Below, piece after piece: positions 31,853 to 32,000 of a stretch of 32,000 nt of DNA. A model generated the notes under the pieces. It ran no database searches. It saw nothing but the letters and a program-made list of their open reading frames with translations, and had not been told where the DNA came from. A program made the translations under genes and the position numbers. The stretch's first letter is position 1, and every line of letters starts with the position of its first letter. This DNA is from Vulcanisaeta distributa DSM 14429 (lineage in GTDB: Archaea; Thermoproteota; Thermoprotei; Thermoproteales; Thermocladiaceae). Location of the stretch: the NCBI RefSeq assembly GCF_000148385.1, contig NC_014537.1, positions 2,160,001-2,192,000 on the forward strand. Direction: 5' to 3'.

Positions 31853-32000
31853 TCACTGAGAGGATTGCTGGGCCTGCTGTGTCTCAGGCTTTGACTCTGC
31901 CTGCTTTTCCTCAGCCTTAGCCTCCGCAGGCTTTGTCTCAGCCTCCCTCTTAATCTCTATTTCGTCAACAAAGACCACCTTATTCACACCCGTGAATCTA
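31853..32000 (-). CDS. 3' end of an unidentified gene (partial; low-complexity acidic/basic tail)
   Basis: Manual reverse translation is open from the window edge to a TGA (complement of 31853-31855): ...RFTGVNKVVFVDEIEIKREAETKPAEAKAEEKQAESKPETQQAQQSSQ*. It is absent from the ORF track because no start lies inside the window. No family recognised. Confidence 0.35.
   Translation of the reverse strand, partial: RFTGVNKVVFVDEIEIKREAETKPAEAKAEEKQAESKPETQQAQQSSQ

Noticed and set aside
1-32000. Search for tRNA, rRNA, transposase, integrase or other mobile-element genes, and for long direct or inverted repeats bounding the hydrogenase island.
   Set aside because: None was recognised by eye. No intergenic region has tRNA-like GC-rich cloverleaf potential. 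Absence of long repeats cannot be proven without a computational self-alignment.

Overview
The window looks like chromosomal DNA from a hyperthermophilic crenarchaeon, probably Thermoproteales-like. That placement is inference only. It rests on a PaREP1-family gene, a GAPN closely resembling the Thermoproteus enzyme, a 25-nt CRISPR repeat ending in ATTGAAAG, and TATA-like boxes about 23-29 nt upstream of first-gene start codons. All homology calls come from motifs read by eye; no searches were run.

Layout:
- 1-1013: ribosomal protein genes uL18 (partial) and eL19.
- 1.8-21.3 kb: a dense [NiFe]-hydrogenase and nickel island. It holds the large subunit and endopeptidase (minus strand), the Tat-signal small subunit and a b-type cytochrome (plus strand), hypD-hypC-hypF-hypE, hypA with an Mrp/MinD-type HypB, a HoxN/NixA nickel permease and NikR.
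- 21.4-28.5 kb: housekeeping and redox genes (MDR dehydrogenase, TauE, thioredoxin-reductase-like protein, class I fumarase alpha and beta, CBS protein, GAPN).
- 28852-29577: an 11-repeat CRISPR array with no cas genes in the window.
- 29.7-32 kb: eL24, Nudix hydrolase, endonuclease III, proteasome beta and a partial ORF.

The most interesting content is the set of uncharacterised or visibly degenerate genes inside the hydrogenase island:
- an acetyl-CoA-synthetase-family paralogue that has lost its phosphate-binding loop and catalytic lysine, divergent from hypA;
- a histidine-free paralogue of the hydrogenase endopeptidase, coupled to a 105-aa ORF;
- a very AT-rich insert encoding a wHTH/Cys4 protein that abuts the small-subunit gene;
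- a small subunit with CxGN where the proximal-cluster CxGC motif should be;
- an MBL-fold gene coupled to hypE;
- a DUF364-PaREP1 pair between the nickel permease and nikR.

I recognised no rRNA, tRNA, transposase or integrase genes.
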